Source of the DNA: Candidatus Pacearchaeota archaeon
GTDB lineage: Archaea > Nanobdellota > Nanobdellia > UBA10117 > JAFCGA01
Assembly: GCA_017608345.1 (NCBI GenBank)
Contig: JAFCGA010000002.1
Span: forward strand, 1,396-65,395
Direction of reading: 5' to 3'
DNA length: 64,000 bases
A program made the translations under genes and the position numbers. Below the pieces are notes generated by a model. The model made no database searches and was not told the DNA's origin. It saw nothing but the letters and a program-made list of their open reading frames with translations. Of the stretch, positions 10,029-19,923 are shown piece by piece (within the stretch, counting starts at the first letter, position 1; each line of letters begins with the position of its first letter).

Positions 10029-11333
10029 TTAGAAAAGACGATTCTTATTAATTACGTCTTTAATTATGGTTTTTATTTTATCCTCTTCGGTCTCCTTGAA
10101 TTTATTTAGTAATTTGGCTTTGAGGTATTTAATATGCTCCTGATAATTTTTGTTTTTGATTAAATTATCTTTTTCTAACTCGTTTCTCTTTAGTTCATAA
10201 AACTCTTCTTGGAAGTTACTTAGTATTAATTTGTAGTTCTTTAATCTTGCACCAATCAGGTGATTTTTCTTATCAATTGTTTCAAAGTATATAATTTCGC
10301 CCTTTCTTTTAAAAATCGATCTCCCCTCCCAGTCGTCTGGCGGTTCTATACCTAATAATGCTAGAATAGTTGGGGAAACGTCAATTAGAGAAACTAGCTT
10401 ATGAGTGTTAGTCTTTTTATTAACGTTTAAAAAAATTAAAGGAACTCTCAGATTAATGTCATATAACTTAGAACAGTGTCCAAAATCGCCATACTCGTAA
10501 AATTCTTCACCATGATCTGACGTAATGATCAAGAGCGTATTTTTGTAAATCTTAATTTCTCGAAGAAAACAAACTAATTTTTTGATTTGATCATCTAAGT
10601 AATTAATTTCGGCATCATACAGTTTGATAAGATCTTTCACTTCATATTTAGTAAGTGGCTTATCTATTCTAGTCTTATCTAGTTTATAGTTTAATTCGTG
10701 CATTCGACTTCTAGAGATATTTGAGAATTTCTTTCTATGTCTCTTATCTGGTAGAAAAGGAGCATGTACATCCATATAATGTAACCAAAGAAAGAATTTT
10801 TTATCTTTATTCTTTTTTATCCAGTCTATAGCATCAGATGTTTGCTTTTCTCCTAGGGTCCAAGGAATACTTTTGTTTACGGTAAGGTGCGAATAAATAC
10901 GGATGATTAAGTCATAGATCTTCTTACCTTCTAGCATTTTAGCTATTTTATCTTTAATATTTCTTCGAGTTGTGCGATATTTTTTAAAAGTCAAATAATC
11001 TTCAAAAAAATCAAAACCTTTGTTATAACCATAGTGCCGAGAAACGAAAGGATTTGAATGTATCGCTGCAGTTCTGTATCCGTTATCCTTTAATACTTCT
11101 GAGATCAATAACATATTTTTACTTAGAAAACTGGCGTCCTTATTTTTAGCAGCGTAATTTGCTGCTAATATCGAAATAAACGAACATATAGTCCCTGGAG
11201 CGTTTGAGAAAGCGTTAGTAAATCGAAGACCGTTTAGGCTATCCATAAACGGAGTTGTTTTCTTCTCGTAACCGTAACAACTGAGATGATCTGCTCTCAG
11301 AGAATCAATCGTTATAAGAATTACGTTCTTCAT
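10029..11333 (-). CDS. sulfatase-fold (alkaline phosphatase superfamily) protein
   Basis: NVILITIDSLRADH, HYMDVHAP, YDAEI...D, TSDHGEEF..GH; Thr at nucleophile position. Confidence 0.85.
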   Translation of the reverse strand: MKNVILITIDSLRADHLSCYGYEKKTTPFMDSLNGLRFTNAFSNAPGTICSFISILAANYAAKNKDASFLSKNMLLISEVLKDNGYRTAAIHSNPFVSRHYGYNKGFDFFEDYLTFKKYRTTRRNIKDKIAKMLEGKKIYDLIIRIYSHLTVNKSIPWTLGEKQTSDAIDWIKKNKDKKFFLWLHYMDVHAPFLPDKRHRKKFSNISRSRMHELNYKLDKTRIDKPLTKYEVKDLIKLYDAEINYLDDQIKKLVCFLREIKIYKNTLLIITSDHGEEFYEYGDFGHCSKLYDINLRVPLIFLNVNKKTNTHKLVSLIDVSPTILALLGIEPPDDWEGRSIFKRKGEIIYFETIDKKNHLIGARLKNYKLILSNFQEEFYELKRNELEKDNLIKNKNYQEHIKYLKAKLLNKFKETEEDKIKTIIKDVINKNRLF

Positions 11334-11621
11334 TTTATTTGTTTAGGAAAGTTAATGTAAGTCTCCGACTTGATTTGGTCTTATTTCGTTTCTTTCTCAC
11401 CGTTTTTTATAAGTACTGGGAGTAATTGCTTATTTGTAATCATCAAGTTTTCGTTCATTCTTATTTTAAAGTGTTTTGGAATTATGTTCGCTCATCGAAC
11501 GTTTCATTATATCTTCTCGCAATCGGAAGATTGGGCTGTCTTTTTTACTTTTTCGCAGAGGGTTGTTCTGATAGATTAATAATATGCTGAATTATAGTAT
11601 TTATATTCTCACAATAAGTCA

Positions 11622-12320
11622 TTAATAATCTGAAAGTTCTTCCGCCTTTTTTAAGTCTTCTGGAAAATCGATATCAACAAAGAGCACGTTCTTTCCAATA
11701 TCATACGCAGATACTACCTCACCTCGTTTAATAAGTCTGGAGAGTGATTCAATCAACGTGCTATTAATCGTCTGCTTTGACATATTCTCTAACGCCGCAA
11801 TTAATTTTTTAGCTCCCCGATCAGAAAGCTTTGCAATCCCGATAAACTCACCGTTTTCCCCAAACATATGCTCCTTACTAATCTCTACAATAACTCCTTC
11901 CGTTTCAACAACTTTTTCAGCCTCTTCTCTAAATCCATCTTTTTTTATAGCCAGACAAATATCTCCTTCTTGTTTCAATAAATTATCAACGATCTTTGAA
12001 TCAAATAAAATATCCGAGTAGAGAAAGATAAATCCTTCTCGCAGCTCTTCTTTTGCAATCCAAAGCGCCATACTCATATTTGATACTGCATAGAAAGGAT
12101 TAAACACTCCTTTAATTTTCAAAATGTTACACTGTGTCTGAACTTTATCGGCAAGATATCCCGTAATAACTACAATCTCTTTTATTCCTGCGGCGCGTAA
12201 AAATTCTACTTGATGCTCAAGGATTGTTTTACTTCCAACTTTAAGCAAGCACTGTGGAGTATCTTTTGTTAAAGGTAATAATCTTGTTGCTTTTCTTGAG
12301 GCAAGTATAATTGCTTTCAT
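11622..12320 (-). CDS. LicC/PntC-like NTP (cytidylyl) transferase
   Basis: MKAIILA..ATRL.P.T...PQCLL, NPFY..SN, YSDILF, GEFIGI, DIDFPEDL. Confidence 0.8.
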   Translation of the reverse strand: MKAIILASRKATRLLPLTKDTPQCLLKVGSKTILEHQVEFLRAAGIKEIVVITGYLADKVQTQCNILKIKGVFNPFYAVSNMSMALWIAKEELREGFIFLYSDILFDSKIVDNLLKQEGDICLAIKKDGFREEAEKVVETEGVIVEISKEHMFGENGEFIGIAKLSDRGAKKLIAALENMSKQTINSTLIESLSRLIKRGEVVSAYDIGKNVLFVDIDFPEDLKKAEELSDY

Positions 12321-12425
12321 TGTAAATCGTTGGTCAAATCGCATAAATAGATTTGCAATTCCAAAAATCTACTTAATCGATTTTTGGTTATATTAATCTT
12401 GTATGATTATAAGATTTAAATTTGA

Positions 12426-13229
12426 TTAGTCTACAGACTCTATTCTGATGAGTTTTTTTCTTATGTATGCGCTGAGTCTATCAATTCCAACAACCATTAG
12501 CACCATTATGATTAAGATCGTTAAGACTTCTCTGTTCTTAAAGAGACGCATACTAGTTAATAATTCCATTCCAATTCCGCCTGCACCAACCAGTCCTAAT
12601 ACCGTAGCTGCTCTGAAATTATTTTCAAGATAATAAAGGAAATAATTAGCGAACAAAGGTTTTACTTGGGGAAAAATACCTCGTGCAATAACTTGAATCT
12701 TAGTTGCGCCCGTTGAAATAATTGCTTTTATTTGTTCAGGATCTACTGTTTCAATTGCTTCAGAGAAATATCTTCCTAGCGCACCGGTAACATGTGCTGC
12801 AAGAGCCAGAATTCCTGGAAAAGGACCTAATCCAACCATTGCAACAAATATCAAACCCCATACAATTTCATTTATTCCTCTGCACGCATCGAAAAAAGTT
12901 CTTACACTATGATAAATAAATTTGTTCGGCATGATATTTCTCGCAGCTAGGAAAGACAAAGGCAGGGCAATAAGTGCTCCAATTCCAGAACCAACAATCG
13001 CCATCTGTAAGGTTTCAACTGTTTTCAAAAGAAACCTGCCCAGGTGCGTTATATCTGGAGGAAACATTCGTCTTACAAAATCAATCATATATGGAATTCC
13101 TTTAACGAAGGTAGTAGGACTTGCACCTGTTCCGCTAATTGCCCAATAATATATTATAACAATAAGGAGACCGAGGAGTAAACTCTTGTACTTTTTTCTT
13201 AAGCCGCGTAATATTTTTTTTAATCGCAT
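12426..13229 (-). CDS. phnE: phosphonate ABC transporter permease
   Basis: MFPPD, ETLQMA, GLGPFPG.LAL, SEAIE loop, R.ATVLGLVGAGGIG. Confidence 0.92.
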   Translation of the reverse strand: MRLKKILRGLRKKYKSLLLGLLIVIIYYWAISGTGASPTTFVKGIPYMIDFVRRMFPPDITHLGRFLLKTVETLQMAIVGSGIGALIALPLSFLAARNIMPNKFIYHSVRTFFDACRGINEIVWGLIFVAMVGLGPFPGILALAAHVTGALGRYFSEAIETVDPEQIKAIISTGATKIQVIARGIFPQVKPLFANYFLYYLENNFRAATVLGLVGAGGIGMELLTSMRLFKNREVLTILIIMVLMVVGIDRLSAYIRKKLIRIESVD

Positions 13230-13230
13230 A

Positions 13231-14004
13231 TTAGAATCCAGTTTTACCGTACATATACCAATCTCTAGTCGCGCCATAAATATCTACAATGTCTTTTTCA
13301 GTAAGCTCCTTCGGTGTACCGTCGAATACGATTTCTCCATCTCGTACGCCTATGATTCTTGAACCATATTTTTTAGCAAAATCAAGAAAATGTAAGCTAG
13401 TAACTAATGTAATCTTTTTTTCAGTACAAATTTTCTTTAGCAGATCCATGACTTCTTTCATCAGCTTGGGATCTAAACTCGATACAGGTTCATCCGCTAG
13501 GATTATGCTTGGCTTTTGTGATAGTGCTCGAGCAATTGCAACTCTTTGCTTCTGGCCGCCACTAAGATTAGCAATTCTCTCATTTTCATACTCTTGCAAT
13601 CCTACTCTTGCAATATTTTCTCTTGCAATCAAATAATCTTCTCTGGAGAACCGACCCAACAACGTGTTGAATGCGCTATTATATTTTAGACGTCCATTTA
13701 ATACATTCTTCATTACTGTTTCACGCTCAAGAAGATTGAAATTCTGAAAAATCATCCCAATCTTGCCCCTTATCCGTGCAGCTTTCTTAAGAGAACAATT
13801 CAGTATTTCTTCATTCTGGATGAGGATTTTACCGGACTCCGGCTCGATTAATCGATTAATGCATTTAAGGAGCGTTGATTTGCCAGAACCACTAGATCCG
13901 ATGATTACTACACTTTCTCCTTTTTTTATGTGCAGAGAGATGTTTTTAACTGCTGCATCCTCGCGGTTTTTGTAAGTATGGCTGAGGTTTTTTATTTTTA
14001 TCAT
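13231..14004 (-). CDS. phnC: phosphonate ABC transporter ATP-binding protein
   Basis: GSSGSGKST, NVLNGRL, LSGGQKQRVAIARAL, ADEPVSSLDP, SLH. Confidence 0.92.
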   Translation of the reverse strand: MIKIKNLSHTYKNREDAAVKNISLHIKKGESVVIIGSSGSGKSTLLKCINRLIEPESGKILIQNEEILNCSLKKAARIRGKIGMIFQNFNLLERETVMKNVLNGRLKYNSAFNTLLGRFSREDYLIARENIARVGLQEYENERIANLSGGQKQRVAIARALSQKPSIILADEPVSSLDPKLMKEVMDLLKKICTEKKITLVTSLHFLDFAKKYGSRIIGVRDGEIVFDGTPKELTEKDIVDIYGATRDWYMYGKTGF

Positions 14005-14031
14005 AATAATATAAAATAAGAAAAAGAAAGA

Positions 14032-14955
14032 CTACTTATTAGCAGCCTCTGCGCTTGTTACATCCATGCCAAGTATTTTTGCAGTTTCTCTAATTACATC
14101 ATAGTCGCTATCAGAAACTTTTTGGTAGTTGGAAATCCCTCCCCATCCGTCAACTTTATGGATGGTCTGCTGGTCCATTTCAACCAAAATAGTCTGTATC
14201 TTTTGTTTTAGTTCTGCAGGCAGGTCTCCTCTTACAACTATTGGCGATCCAGGTATCGGCTCTGATTCATGTAATATTATATTAACTTCAGGATCTATCT
14301 CACCTTCTTTAATCATTCGAGCATATACATTGTCTCCACTCGCGCCCGCGTCGACCTTGCCATTTGCAATAGCGTATTGAACTGCGTTATGGGTTCCTGC
14401 GTAGTAACTAGTGCTAAAGTCATTGTCCGGATCTATTTCATTTTCAAGCAACATCTTTCTAGGAATAAGGTTTCCTGACGTTGAGGCAGGATCTACAAAA
14501 GCAAAGGTTTTTCCTTTTAGATCTTCTAGCGTCTCAATCCCACTGTCTGCATTCACGATAATCAATGATTTATATGTTGCACTACCTGTGCTTTCTTTTA
14601 CGCCATTAACAATTGCTTCTGCATTTGCAACATTAGCTGCAATAACATATGAAAATGGTCCAAACCACGCCATGTCAATATGTTTTGCTCGCATTGCTTC
14701 AATCGCAGCAGTATAATCAGATGTAACTTGTATCTCAACGGGAATTCCTAACTTTTCAGATAAGTATTCCTTAACGGGTTCATAATTTCTTAGCATCTCG
14801 TCAGCGTCATCCGCAGGAATTAATCCCATACGCAAGACGGTAATTTCTTCTTCATTAACATCTGTTCCACTAGTAAATTTATTTAGGCCAAAGTTTACTA
14901 GTATAAATGCTAATAGTAAAAGAAAGCCAATTTTCCAAATATTCAATCGTTTCAT
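14032..14955 (-). CDS. phnD: phosphate/phosphite/phosphonate ABC substrate-binding protein
   Basis: N-terminal anchor, DY.AAIEAM, GPFSY, FVDPASTSG.LIP, GTH, IPGSP. Confidence 0.92.
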   Translation of the reverse strand: MKRLNIWKIGFLLLLAFILVNFGLNKFTSGTDVNEEEITVLRMGLIPADDADEMLRNYEPVKEYLSEKLGIPVEIQVTSDYTAAIEAMRAKHIDMAWFGPFSYVIAANVANAEAIVNGVKESTGSATYKSLIIVNADSGIETLEDLKGKTFAFVDPASTSGNLIPRKMLLENEIDPDNDFSTSYYAGTHNAVQYAIANGKVDAGASGDNVYARMIKEGEIDPEVNIILHESEPIPGSPIVVRGDLPAELKQKIQTILVEMDQQTIHKVDGWGGISNYQKVSDSDYDVIRETAKILGMDVTSAEAANK

Positions 14956-15728
14956 TTCATTACCTTTATCCGTCGGTTAATCAGTAACTTGATTCCGAGA
15001 GTATCAGTATCTATCTTATTTATTTGATTGATAAAAACATCTTTAGCGAATTTATATTCTTCAGGGAAATCGATTTCCATCCAATCTTCTCCTGACACAA
15101 GCTCATATTTTACTGCTATTCCACTTTCTGCTATAATTGTGATTAAATCCCTTACGTTCTTGAATTGTATTGCATCAGAATCTTTTAGGAATTGGATGTT
15201 TTCTTTGAATTGCTTGGAACCCTGTTTGTTCATTTTTATTATCCCAGCGAATTCTCCATTAGATTCTTCATTAGGCAATTCTTTACTACATACAATTATT
15301 TTATCATATTTAATCTTCACTTTTTCAGACTCGTCATCGACAGCCTTTTCACTAACTAAGCAAACTATATCACTTTTTTCGCTAGCAACGATTTTTTTCA
15401 AGGCCCTTTCTGAGAAGATAGAATCAGCATACATAAACAATATTTCGCTATTAAATTCATCCAAAGCAAAATATAATGAGTCCAGCATACCTTCTTGTGT
15501 ATAGAGCGGTTCTCTTAAATATCTAACAGAATCTCCAAATTTCTTTTTAATATCTTCTGATCGATATCCAACAACAAGTAAAATATCCTCAACGCCATTC
15601 TTTTTGAGAAGTCTTATTGATCTGCCTAATATAGTTTCATCTTCAATAGGTAGCAAACATTTAATGGTACCATTTGTAGACTCGCCCATCCGAAAATTCA
15701 TGCCGCCAGCCAATATTATGGCTTTCAC
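14952..15728 (-). CDS. LicC/PntC-like NTP (cytidylyl) transferase
   Basis: MKAIILAGG..FRM.....KCLL, YADS, GEFAGI, WMEIDFPEEY. Confidence 0.8.
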   Translation of the reverse strand: MKAIILAGGMNFRMGESTNGTIKCLLPIEDETILGRSIRLLKKNGVEDILLVVGYRSEDIKKKFGDSVRYLREPLYTQEGMLDSLYFALDEFNSEILFMYADSIFSERALKKIVASEKSDIVCLVSEKAVDDESEKVKIKYDKIIVCSKELPNEESNGEFAGIIKMNKQGSKQFKENIQFLKDSDAIQFKNVRDLITIIAESGIAVKYELVSGEDWMEIDFPEEYKFAKDVFINQINKIDTDTLGIKLLINRRIKVMK

Positions 15729-16852
15729 CCGATTACCTCCGGGCAGATCTTAATTAATTCGCTAAACAATTTTTCAGCAATTTCTGGTTTTAATTCCACT
15801 ACGTTACAATTTTCTTCAGGATCTTTGTTTAACTCATAGAGCTCCTTTTTACCTGTTTTAATATTATATATCAACTTCCAATCATTTGTTCTGACTGCTT
15901 TTAATAAAGGTTTTTTCTTTGTTGGATATGGTTTAACTAATCCAGCTCCTTCTGAAAAAGCTATTCTGCTATCTGATTCATGATCCATTAATTTCATTAA
16001 AGATTTTCCTTGGGGTTTTATATATCCTGCACTAATCGGTATACGCAGGATATCTAGAATTGTTGGTAGGATATCAATCGTTCTACCCATCTTTTCGATA
16101 TTTCTAAAAGGAAATATTTCTGGCTGAACAAAGAGCGAGAAAGTTCTTAAGGTGTAATCATAACAATAACGCCCATATCCTATCTCTCCGATTTTATCGC
16201 CAACGCTAGCTCCATGATCTGACATAATAAGGATAATTGTATCCTTAAACAAATTCAATTCTTCACAAGTTTCGAATATCTTACCTAGATACTCATCACT
16301 TTGTTTTATATATTTATCATAATTCTCAAGGTTCTTATCTTTATTTTTGAAATAGTTTTTATCAAAATCATCATACTTTTTTAGAACTGTCTCCACCAAT
16401 CCAGTATGTATATTACTATAATGTAAATATAAGAAGAAATTACCTTTCTTTTTAGCATCCTTTATCATTTTTCGATGTCTATCTGCCAGATTATCTCTTT
16501 TCTCATCGTGAATTGATAATTTGTCAAATCCTTGCTTGGGAACAACAATCTCGTTTATCGTATCGCCAAATGTGTTAAAACCAGCTTCTTTAAGGTATTG
16601 TGCAAGGGTCTTGCAAGACTCTTTTCTAAATAATGCACTACCAAAATAGTTGTAAGCGCCATTAATGTTCCCATAAATTCCAGTAAAACTAGCATGCATT
16701 GACGTAACTGTTTGAGTACCATACGTTATAATTTTTGAGAAGAGTGTCCCTTTTTGGGCCCACATCTGGAAATTCTTTTGATCCTTGATACGATCATACC
16801 TAGCACCATCCACTACAATTAAAAGTACGTTGTATTTACTTTTTCTTGTCAT
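15725..16852 (-). CDS. sulfatase-fold (alkaline phosphatase superfamily) protein
   Basis: NVLLIVVDGARYD, T..S....TG, SDHG, DILPTILD, ELYEL..DP.E. Confidence 0.85.
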   Translation of the reverse strand: MTRKSKYNVLLIVVDGARYDRIKDQKNFQMWAQKGTLFSKIITYGTQTVTSMHASFTGIYGNINGAYNYFGSALFRKESCKTLAQYLKEAGFNTFGDTINEIVVPKQGFDKLSIHDEKRDNLADRHRKMIKDAKKKGNFFLYLHYSNIHTGLVETVLKKYDDFDKNYFKNKDKNLENYDKYIKQSDEYLGKIFETCEELNLFKDTIILIMSDHGASVGDKIGEIGYGRYCYDYTLRTFSLFVQPEIFPFRNIEKMGRTIDILPTILDILRIPISAGYIKPQGKSLMKLMDHESDSRIAFSEGAGLVKPYPTKKKPLLKAVRTNDWKLIYNIKTGKKELYELNKDPEENCNVVELKPEIAEKLFSELIKICPEVIG

Positions 16853-16917
16853 TAAATATAATTATATATAATTACTTTAAAAAGATTGTGAAACTTCTGC
16901 ATTATACTTAAAACAAT

Positions 16918-17130
16918 CTAAAGATAGCCTAACCTTTTTAATCTATTCTTTATCTCATTTTCCACTTTTTTATCAAGAATACCTTCATTTGGTCCAGATA
17001 AAATCTGCCTTAGGATAAAAGTGACATATGCCGAAGCGGAATGTATTCCTGTACCTTCTATATTTTGTTTAATAGCTTCGACTAAGGGTGTGGGGAGAGA
17101 AACGGTAGTAAACTTACTCTTTTTTTTCAT
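16918..17130 (-). CDS. CopG/ribbon-helix-helix protein with C-terminal LxxLGY tail
   Basis: FTTVSLP.PL...IK....GTG..S.S.YV..ILR; ends EIKNRLKRLGYL. Confidence 0.8.
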   Translation of the reverse strand: MKKKSKFTTVSLPTPLVEAIKQNIEGTGIHSASAYVTFILRQILSGPNEGILDKKVENEIKNRLKRLGYL

Positions 17131-17524
17131 TCGTATTATTATATATATTTTATCTTATTAAGCTTTCGAAAGATTACTCTTTTTATATCTAAGGATAGCT
17201 CAGAACTGTATAAAAAATACGGTTATCTAAACTATATTACTAAATATTGCAAGGAACTATAAGGTTAAATCTGCGTGCTATGCTTGCGGTTTGCAAATAC
17301 TTTCCGCCCTATAAATAGTTCTTTTTGTTATGCGGATTTATAGTCCTAACGATTTTAAACTATTTCAGAGCAATGTCTTACAGTAGAAGCAGGTCTAGGA
17401 GTTGGGGAGGGAGTAAGTACGGAGCACGGTTCCACACACAATAAACTTTATATTTGGCAAAATTATCTAGCGTAGATAACACAATCTTTTTAAAAGTTTA
17501 CTCGAGAATAACTTATTGATAATA

Positions 17525-17734
17525 ATGAAAGTGGATATAGATAAGAATATAATACGGGCGCTTCAGGAACGCGTTAATGTAAGTAAGGACTACAATAATG
17601 TTGACCAGTATATAAACTATATCTTGGAGCAGATAGTTGATAGATTTAAAGAACAAGAAGTTGAGAACGCTATTGATCCTGCTGAGCAAAAAAAGATAGA
17701 GCAGCAACTAAAACGCCTCGGATATGAGAAATGA
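17525..17734 (+). CDS. second RHH-like protein with LxxLGY tail
   Basis: MKVDID...Y.NVDQYINYILEQ; ends KIEQQLKRLGYEK. Confidence 0.7.
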   Translation: MKVDIDKNIIRALQERVNVSKDYNNVDQYINYILEQIVDRFKEQEVENAIDPAEQKKIEQQLKRLGYEK

Positions 17735-17785
17735 ATAAGCTCTCTTTGAATCGATCGCGGCCGAGTTGCATTAGCTTAAGCGCAG

Positions 17786-19837
17786 TTATTTAACACTAAA
17801 TAAGAATTCTGATTGAGTATTATACACTAGTTCGAAATTATCAGATGCACTTATTTCTTGCAATCTCTGATTCGTTAGATTCACATCAAATTTATGTTTA
17901 GCTACGCAGCTTGCGCCCAAAACTACATACTCCATCTCATTTCTTTTCAGAAATTGATAGTTATCTTCAATACTTTTATTTAGCGCTGTCCTAAAGTAAG
18001 CAGTTTCTGAGTTCTCAGATAATTCTTCATTCGCCCAAGTCATAGGATGCATATCATACCCATATAATGTAGATGGTTGATGACATAGCGGATAGACGTG
18101 AGAATCCTTAGGAATTATATCTCCATCTCTCAGTTCCACATAAAATTTCTGTGATTCTGGAATAAAGATTTGATGTTCCGGCCAGACTGCGGTGTTGTGC
18201 CAGTATTTCTGCGCGAAGGAAGTAGGGATTACTAATATAACTACTGCAATTATGAATATCGCCGTTAGGTGCTGTTTCTTGATTAGTTTGGCTAGTCCTA
18301 CAACAGCAAACCCGATTATAAGCGAAGCTGGAATTGCGAAGAACGTCCACATCCTAAATGGGAGATACATTACTGAATGATACACACCTAGAATTATAAT
18401 TAGAGAAAAGATCACCCAAATAAGCGTTGTGCTAATCCAAAAGTTTTCTTTTTCGAATAATTTCTTGTAACTTAATAGGATAAATATAATTCCTATTGTA
18501 AAAAGGCTCATCAGAATAATTCCTACTCCAATCGGATTGTTAGTCATATTCCCTTTCTGAGCAACGAAGAAATCAGCAAGAGTATATGCTCTTGTTCCGG
18601 ATCCCTTTAGGTTTATGAGTTTCTTAGACGGTAAAATCAAAATTAGAGCTACTGTACCTAAGACAATAAGGAATAGTATTTGCTTAATGTTCTTGATTTG
18701 TAATCCTCTTTTGATGTGCTTAAACCAGAATTTATTTATAGCTAATAATACTACTAGGCTCGCAATAATTACTATTGATATCCCCAAAATAAGTGGGTTA
18801 AATATTATCTTATGTATTAGTTTAAATATAAAATTAAGTCCACCAGACTGAGCTACAGGGTTAAAGAAAAGATCGCTATGTTGAATGTATATGGGAATAT
18901 AATACAGTAAAGAAAGTATAAAACCGCCGAATAATGAAAGTATAAGCTTAATGTTTAGATCTTCGTGCACAAAAATATAATTTATATAGTATATTCCAAG
19001 AAGCATTAGTATCGTAACTGCAGTATTAACATGATTTATCAGAACTGAGGCGAATACTAAAGCAAGAATATATTTCCATTTGTTATTATTCCGCATAGCC
19101 ACTAAGCAATAGAGCAAGACCGGAAATAGAGCCATATTGAAGTTTAGAGAAAACACAAAGTGCCCAACCCAGCACGGAATTGCAAACAGAGCAAAGGTTG
19201 AAACAATTGCTATATCTTCGTTCTCCGTAAATCGCTTGGCAAAGTAATAGAAAAACAATAAGGATAAAGAGATAATTAGTGCATTAAAGAACTTCATTGT
19301 CCAGTATATAGAATCATTAGTCTGATGCAGAACGCCCATTAAGATTTGATAGCCTTGTGTGTATGGCTCAGCGTAGTGAGAGTATTGAAATGGCGTTGAG
19401 AAAGTCTTTTCTTCTGCAATGTATTTGGAAGCAAGAGAATAACCATAAGGGTCACCATCTTCTAGCCAAGGATATACAAAAGATCCATGAATATACATAT
19501 AAGCAGTTACAGCAAACATTATCAAAAGCAAGATAGAATATATTTGCTGTTTAGTTATTTTAGAAAAACTGAACTTAGGAAAGGACAAAACTTCTTTTTT
19601 TCTAAAATAGGCTGCTGCTGAAAAGATTGTGATCGCAATAATTAAATATATTTTCCAATCTAAAGGAATATGCAATAGATTAAGAATTACTCCGAGAAAT
19701 GTAAATATTGCTATACCAATTCCTAGCCGCATAACTAATTTTTCTAAGAAATCCGCTTTCCAGTCTTTTATAATGAGATCAGTTAAGAATCCAAGACCAA
19801 TTGTTACAATTAAGAAATATATTACGCTAGTCCACAT
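17786..19837 (-). CDS. polytopic membrane protein, probable GT-C fold glycosyltransferase
   Basis: Many TM segments, acidic WLEDGDP loop followed by PY..GY, soluble C-terminal domain. Confidence 0.6.
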   Translation of the reverse strand: MWTSVIYFLIVTIGLGFLTDLIIKDWKADFLEKLVMRLGIGIAIFTFLGVILNLLHIPLDWKIYLIIAITIFSAAAYFRKKEVLSFPKFSFSKITKQQIYSILLLIMFAVTAYMYIHGSFVYPWLEDGDPYGYSLASKYIAEEKTFSTPFQYSHYAEPYTQGYQILMGVLHQTNDSIYWTMKFFNALIISLSLLFFYYFAKRFTENEDIAIVSTFALFAIPCWVGHFVFSLNFNMALFPVLLYCLVAMRNNNKWKYILALVFASVLINHVNTAVTILMLLGIYYINYIFVHEDLNIKLILSLFGGFILSLLYYIPIYIQHSDLFFNPVAQSGGLNFIFKLIHKIIFNPLILGISIVIIASLVVLLAINKFWFKHIKRGLQIKNIKQILFLIVLGTVALILILPSKKLINLKGSGTRAYTLADFFVAQKGNMTNNPIGVGIILMSLFTIGIIFILLSYKKLFEKENFWISTTLIWVIFSLIIILGVYHSVMYLPFRMWTFFAIPASLIIGFAVVGLAKLIKKQHLTAIFIIAVVILVIPTSFAQKYWHNTAVWPEHQIFIPESQKFYVELRDGDIIPKDSHVYPLCHQPSTLYGYDMHPMTWANEELSENSETAYFRTALNKSIEDNYQFLKRNEMEYVVLGASCVAKHKFDVNLTNQRLQEISASDNFELVYNTQSEFLFSVK

Positions 19838-19923
19838 CTTTACCGGAATGAAAGCTATTCTTAAATAATTTGCTATGTTTTATAGCAGATATTCTTAAAT
19901 AACTTTGTGATGAAGCTACTGAA

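Noticed and set aside
11340-11600. Coding-like spacer and the 69-aa plus-strand ORF 11370..11579
   Set aside because: Multiple stops on the operon strand and no recognisable homology; at most a relic
12426-14955. Phosphite oxidation (ptxABCD) operon
   Set aside because: No phosphite dehydrogenase nearby, and the binding protein lacks the PtxB aromatic cap motif
17380-17440. G-rich patch between the RHH genes as ncRNA or operator
   Set aside because: No convincing stem or repeated operator could be identified by eye
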